Positions 58,476 through 64,000 of a DNA stretch of 64,000 bases are shown here, in pieces. Origin of the DNA: Amoebidium appalachense. Taxonomy: Eukaryota > Protista > Ichthyosporea. The DNA lies in assembly GCA_963693365.1 (NCBI GenBank), contig CAVNZM010000012.1, forward strand, positions 7,444,001 to 7,508,000. The letters are read 5' to 3'. Made by a program: the position numbers and the translations under genes. Under the pieces are notes generated by a model. It did no database searches. It saw nothing but the letters and a program-made list of their open reading frames with translations, and had not been told where the DNA came from. Each line of letters begins with the position of its first letter. Within the stretch, counting starts at the first letter, position 1.

Positions 58476-58647
58476 CAGCCGCACGCAGATGTCTCCGTCA
58501 AGACACCATCGACGCCCACGGCACGACCTACCAAGCTGCCCAATCAACTGCGACCTGGAAAGCATCCCAACCTCCTAGCAACCAATCACAAAGCACCTCC
58601 GTCAATCAGAATTCTCGCCAACAGCCCCCCCGGGCTCCAGGGGGAGG
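46927..58647 (+). CDS. ASPSCR1: ASPSCR1/TUG/UBXD9-like UBX-domain p97 adaptor; last exon(s) unresolved
   Basis: Phase-compatible exons: 46927-47016, 48122-48283, 48809-48942, 50339-50487, 51337-51557, 52612-52859, 53607-53638, 54227-54331, 55210-55291, 55810-55881, 56327-56449, 57538-57623, and probably ~58489-58647. TUG-UBL1 ([28 protein letters not shown]...[16 protein letters not shown]), UBL2 (QFPDGQRL...[16 protein letters not shown]), [15 protein letters not shown], and UBX ([15 protein letters not shown]...FVLYTTPP...[15 protein letters not shown]). Confidence 0.88.
49743..49880. repeat. 21-bp minisatellite, ~6.5 copies, intronic
   Basis: Unit GGATTGTGGTTTTGGYCTTGC repeated head to tail with no spacers. 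Confidence 0.95.
54352..54475. repeat. Reverse-complement copy of the intronic repeat family, in ASPSCR1 intron 8
   Basis: GGATGGACTCTGCTTATTTTGCATACTG...TGTGTCCTGCACC...GTACTTCGTAC is the reverse complement of ~14758-14881. It starts ~20 nt after the donor at 54332 and is flanked by C tracts. Confidence 0.85.
55345..55561. mobile_element. MITE with long imperfect TIRs and TA target duplication (Tc1/mariner-Stowaway-like)
   Basis: TA|AGGAGCAAGGGTTCAATACAGACTATGTAC...GTACGTAGTCTGTTTTGAACCCTTTCTCCT|TA; inverted similarity continues for ~80 bp. Confidence 0.8.
58182..58401. mobile_element. hAT-type MITE
   Basis: TIRs TAGGCCCCTGCAAAAA / (revcomp) CAGGCCCTTGCAAAAA; 8-bp TSD ACACCCAC (58174-58181) vs ACATCCAC (58402-58409); many internal AATATC repeats. 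Confidence 0.8.
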
Positions 58648-58862
58648 TATGGGGGGTATCAGGGGTGGTGGGGCACAGGGGGGCGGGGTGCCACAGTGGA
58701 TGAGGTTGGGCAAGTAGATTGCGATGGTTTGGGTTTGAATTTAATGTGCCACAAATTGTTACTTTCTGTCCGAATATCTGCCTTTCCCTTACTCCTCGTT
58801 AAGACTTTCTTTGTGTTTCGTGTCTTTTTTTACTCTTCTTCTGCTTTTTCTTTCTTTCTTTC

Positions 58863-58901
<39 letters not shown>

Positions 58902-59176
58902 GCCCTCCCACTTCTACATTTTTTCTGGGAAGGGGGAAGATGGGATGTCATGCAATTGAATATCTCTTTCTGGCGTGAAGCAAGTATGCTGGCACATACT
59001 TCAAGTCAGACTCTACGTAGACGAGGTTTCTTCTCGGCACTGTTCGGTGGGTGAATGCTTCTGTAAATGTGAATGTATATAAATATATAGAGGTGTGGCG
59101 TCTTGTGCATGAATTATGATTGTGCCAACACCAACAGTATTTATTCATATCTGGGGCCCCTGGATGCAAGCCTTTA

Positions 59177-59452
59177 AAGCAAGGTCCGTATCTACCATTT
59201 TAGACCCGATCGAGGTTGATCCGATCGAGGATTCCAAATGGGCCTGGCGCGGCTTGTGAATCTCTCGAATCTATCGATCACATTTACTCAATCAAGGATG
59301 TGACGTCATCTGGGCCTCTTTTACGTCACGCCCTCGATTGCGTATTTATGATTGATATATTCGAGAGATTCACAAGCCGCGCCAGGCCCAATTAAAATCC
59401 TCGATCGGATCAACCTCGATCGAGTCTAAAATGTTAGATACGGAGGTTGGTT
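59177..59452. mobile_element. Fold-back MITE (~125-bp imperfect arms)
   Basis: TCCGTATCTACCATTTTAGACCCGATCGAGGTTGATCCGATCGAGGATT...GGGCCTGGCGCGGCTTGTGAATCTCTCGAAT pairs with ~59358-59444; TA flanks both sides. Confidence 0.8.
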
Positions 59453-59717
59453 TAAGGGAACACACACTTGAGTCAGTCTGTTTCGTAAAAATTGTACCGG
59501 TTGTGAGTCGGGTGAGATTTATTACCGTTGTGCATGTAAAGCAGATATGATTTCGAATGCCGGGACTTGTACATGGGAAAACAAACGCTGAAAGTCACCT
59601 ATTTCTCCTATTTGGGAGATATATGGATCCGGAGGCCTTGGTGTCACAGTTTATCCATTTAAACATATGTGCTCTGCATTTTTAGTCAGTCTCAGGCTGA
59701 CCCCCTCCCCCCCCCCC

Positions 59718-59788
<71 letters not shown>

Positions 59789-60436
59789 CCTCTCCCCCCC
59801 CTCCCCCCCTTCCCCGGCCTCTCGCCCTCCTCTCTCCCTCCCTCCCGCTCCGATCCGGGGCGTCCAACCCACTACCCTCCCACTACGGCCACTTACGTTC
59901 TGTCAGGTATCACGTACGTACCTGCCACCTACTGAGATGGCTCCTTATTTTTCCTTACACATTCAGCGAACACTGGACTCTATCGAACCGTCGAGGTGCC
60001 GCGACAGAAAGCATGCACGTGGTCGCGATAGTGGCTGTTTTCCTTAAAGTTCATCGCAGCGCGTGCACATCGTCAGTACGTGTGAGCGTACGTACAAGCT
60101 CCTTGCTTGCATACCAGCGTTGCACGCGACGTGCGCAACGCCTCGGCGTTTGACGGCGTTTGTCACGCGCGGCAGCATATCGATCAGGTAACGTCACTTC
60201 CATACCTGGGTTGCCTGAGATTGCACGTGATCATTCCTCTGATTTTCCAGGCTCAGCGGTACATTCCGGCAGGGGAACAAAATTTTTCTTTCTTTACAAT
60301 TCAATAATAAGGGACCATTGATTATAGCGACCGAGAAATACTACATATACGACTTTTGTCACGCTTTACACTGTGTGGGTTACAAGCAGAACGGTTGGTC
60401 CTTCGAATTGGTTTTCGATGATCAGACCTCCTAGAT

Positions 60437-61423
60437 CAGGGTTCGAAGTTGGAATTTCCGATATTTGAAAAAACAGTTCCGAAAATCGTCCGGGCCGAGT
60501 CGGAACTTCCATGCGGCCGACTCGGAGCCCCCCCCCCCCCCCCCCCCCGGGGCCCCCGGGGAGGAGTGCAAGAAGCTTCTTATGACTTCGCAGGTCTCAT
60601 CATACACGGGGCATACACCACCCACACAAGCTGCACACGTACGTACGTGTCTCCCAGTACTAGTGTCCCTGTAGAATGTTCTTAATGGCAGACCCTGACT
60701 AGAGCGCCAGCCTAGCACATGTACATGTTGTCACACCAAACACATTTATGCACACACCCACGCGCGACACACACACACACACACACACAGAGACACACAC
60801 ACACACATTTACACACACACAGCCGTGACACCACATATCATGCATCATAGCCATGCATGGCCACATGAACATACAATGCATATGCCTGCGCATGCATATA
60901 TAGGCCGGCCTCCACTTCAAAACTTCCTCCCCCCAGAAATCGAACCCCATTTCCTCCTCCTCCGCTGCCCACCGTTCCCTCCACCAGTGCTGCCCCTCCT
61001 TCTCCCCCACCGCCGCTCCGGCCTCACCCCCTCCCTCCCCCCTCCCCCTCTCAGGCGGATCCCCCCCCCCCCCCCCTACTAGTTCTCCCCCCCCCCCCCC
61101 CTTCCCCCCCAGGAAGGCCTAAACATGGAATGGATCTAGATGCTCAGAGTCGACGGCCACCAGGTGCAGGTGCCACGTGTATCACGATCAGTGGCACGCG
61201 TCTTAAATGGCAGGTATTAATACACACACTGTGCACCACTGTGGTCCGTTTAAAGACACACATGCGCCCCACATACACGGCCGTGACACCACACATGTGA
61301 CCTAGGCTAGTACACGTGCACAGGCGCACATACTATATCAGATCATGATAACTGTATTACAAACGTGCACATGCATCCACCCTGTACAATCACATGCTAT
61401 ACACCCACCCACCCACACCCACA

Positions 61424-61466
<43 letters not shown>

Positions 61467-61506
61467 CACACACAATGTACACGGCGCACGCACACACACC
61501 CCGTGG

Positions 61507-61543
<37 letters not shown>

Positions 61544-61751
61544 GCACAAGAAACCGTTGGTACAAACACACACACCCACACTGGCATGTACACACACATA
61601 CACAGACACACACACCCTGCATACATACACACCACACTGCACACACACGCACATACATACACACACTGTACATACATATAGTACACACACCATAACCGTT
61701 GACACAAAACACACACACACATGCACACAATGTCATGCACACGCACACACA

Positions 61752-61785
<34 letters not shown>

Positions 61786-62722
61786 AACATTGCAGCAAAC
61801 ATGTGCACACATGCACACAACATAGATACACACACCGATTACCGCTGACACAAATACACACACCTACACCTGTACACATGTACGCACAGACACACACACC
61901 CTGCATACATACCCACCACACACACACACACAATTGCAAAGAATAATACTCACACACACACAAACACAAACACAACCACCCAACGTGATTTTCTCCCCCC
62001 CCCCCCCCCCCTCCCCCCCAAACATTCGATTTCTGCCTGAGCTTCCCATGTTGCTGCCTCAACTCACTCCCCCCCCCCCCCCTCCCTCCCTCCCTCCCTC
62101 CCCTCCCCTCCCCCAGAATTTTTAAATAAAAACAAGGGACACTACTTAATCGGTTACTAGGTGCTGGTGTGTTGTCAGACGGATCCAATTTATTTGAAAG
62201 GGTTGGCAATATACACATTGTGCACCCTGTTCCAGTCAAAAGCCAGGAAATCTGCCAGAGCCTTCTTTTGGGCTGCTGCCTCGGCCATCTGGGCCTTTTC
62301 CAGCTGCTCCTTGGCCCCTTCTACAGTCAACCCTTTCAGTTTGCCCTCTTTAAGTAATTTCTTAGCCATTTCTTTCTGAAACTTAAGCTCAGCTTTCAAG
62401 TGCTTCACATCTGCCTCTATATATCCGGCCCATTCATGGCTATCATGAGCTGATTGTGCACTGTCTGTGTTGTCATACGTGCTTTGAGAGAAGTCTTAAT
62501 GATATTCACACGAGAGAAGCCACGTTCGCTTGTTGCATTACTAATTGGGATTATTCTCACAATGTTAACCAACTCAAGTACAAGTATTCAAGTTTGTGAC
62601 TGATGCGCGACGATTACGATTTTTGGTGGGCCTGCTCCGACGGAGCATTCCGATTTTCGAAGAGGTTTTCCGAAACGGGATTTCGACTTCCGTTAATGGG
62701 CTCCACCGCCCTTCGAACCCTG
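60437..62722 (-). mobile_element. Internally deleted hAT DNA transposon, 2286 bp
   Basis: 12-bp TIR CAGGGTTCGAAG (60437-60448) / CTTCGAACCCTG (62711-62722); perfect 8-bp TSD TCCTAGAT (60429-60436, 62723-62730); subterminal TTCCGA repeats; transposase remnant inside. Confidence 0.92.
62190..62585 (-). pseudogene. hAT transposase C-terminal dimerisation domain remnant
   Basis: Minus strand reads VLELVNIVRIIPISNATSERGFSRVNIIKTSLKARMTTQTVHNQLMIAMNGPDI (ERxFS motif). A 2-nt TA slip leads into ORF 62190-62408 (...FDWNRVHNVY). Confidence 0.85.
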
Positions 62723-63006
62723 TCCTAGATTATCCCTTTTATCTGAGGAATGCGTCCAAGTTGACATGATTCGCGAACATGTGCATGGCATCAGCTGAGT
62801 CAGCGTATATGCGTCTAGCGTCTATGTAATAGCTGTTTCGCTGCATATAAAACTTTTTAGCTATCGCAGGAAGCAACAAATGCCAGCTTTATTTGTTCAG
62901 ATGTATGTTTGAAACTTTTTGTCTTAGAATTTGAGTGAATAATTAGCGGTACATGTACATATGATGGATCGGGTACATTCCAGAGCACTCTTCTGGCATT
63001 CCAATG

Positions 63007-63603
63007 TTTTTTTATTTTTTATTTATTTATTTTTTTATCCCGTTTCACTCCCGGCGAGGCACTGCCTCAGGGGAGCTTACCGTCTTCCGCCTAGACACAG
63101 ATCGTACTGTATAGCACACTCATAAGTCAGGATTCTAATTGACCCCAACTGGCAATATTTTTAGTTACGCCTTATCCCACGGTTCTAGCCGCAGCAACGC
63201 TAGTGGGGAAGTGAGCACAGCTCACTTTAACAACACCAGCCGGGAGCGACCCGGGACACATACAAACATCAAGACTTGAAAGGGGAAGACCCCATGCCCT
63301 TTTTTTTTTGTAAGCTTGAACGTTGGGCTGGGATGCCCAAGCGCCGCGCCGTCGACGTCAGAGGGCCGGTGCTGTTCATGACGTCATGTCTTGCGGCCGG
63401 ATGATAACAAATTGGTGGTGCTGGCTTGACGTGGTCTGGGGTGATGGCTTCTAGGGGGCGGCCAGACTGGTGGACCGTCGAGGCAGAAAAATCGGATGTA
63501 ACCAGGATCGATGGGGTGTCCACGCAATCAGGATCGATCCTGCGACTTTGAGCTTGACACGCAGTCTGGCAGAGATCTTACCATTGCACCAACCCGCCCC
63601 CCA
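63007..63603 (-). mobile_element. tRNA-derived SINE, ~600 bp
   Basis: Minus-strand head GGGGCGGGTTGGTGCAATGGTAAG (A box)...GCAGGATCGATCC (B-box-like); A-rich tail (T-rich on + at 63007-63038); perfect 14-bp TSD CTGGCATTCCAATG (62993-63006, 63604-63617). Confidence 0.9.
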
Positions 63604-64000
63604 CTGGCATTCCAATGAATCAAGCAGTTGAACTAAGTCAACTGACTGCTTGTGTACAATAATCCCCTGCAGGATTTTTTCGGTTTATCTTCTTCCTTTA
63701 TTCGAATGTCTTGAATTTTTTTCTTTGTGCTGATGTGGGAAAATCAACTATCCCTACTATAAATCCTACAACCCACTCAAGGCCCCTGCAGCGCCTCGGC
63801 ACAGCCATGCCGCGGGCTGTCCTCCAGGAGCTCGAGGAATGCACATTGTATCATTTGTATGTACATTTTGACACTTGATGTGGTCGCTACGTCAAAAGAC
63901 ACAACCAACACTGACACTGGCTTAGCACGTAAATCTTGCCGCTAGCAGCAAACCTTACTCACTGTAGAAGTTAAACCCACTTTATGAAAATCGTGAGCCC

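Noticed and set aside
63520-63603. Functional tRNA gene
   Set aside because: No complete cloverleaf; it is the head of a TSD-flanked SINE.

Overview
Eukaryotic, intron-rich genomic DNA. Introns and intergenic space are packed with (CA)n/(TG)n, (GA)n and 20-60 nt G/C homopolymers, so most ORFs in the supplied track are low-complexity artefacts. Gene content suggests a unicellular opisthokont/holozoan (inference only). By hand-splicing I find: (1) an intronless Ser/Thr kinase (+, 8042-9284) with one frameshift in a T5 run; (2) a ~15-exon, ~640-aa gene (-, 12119-28877) encoding a short coiled coil plus a complete myosin-V-type globular tail (DIL) but no motor; (3) a secreted, probably GPI-anchored beta-sandwich protein gene (-, 32394-35377) and its inverted pseudogene copy (+, 39671-41991); (4) a prokaryote-like PaaI hot-dog thioesterase with an intron and a mitochondrial-type presequence (-, 43530-45533); (5) head-to-head with it, an ASPSCR1/TUG UBX gene (+, from 46927, 3' end unresolved). 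Mobile DNA includes a deleted hAT transposon with a perfect 8-bp TSD, a tRNA-derived SINE with a 14-bp TSD and several MITEs. The most unusual signals are the headless myosin-V tail gene, an intron-restricted repeat family oriented the same way relative to transcription in every copy seen, decayed 'echo' copies of real exon ends that stop at G/C tracts, and a probable GT-CG intron shared by both paralogs. Family assignments rest on recalled motifs; no database search was run.
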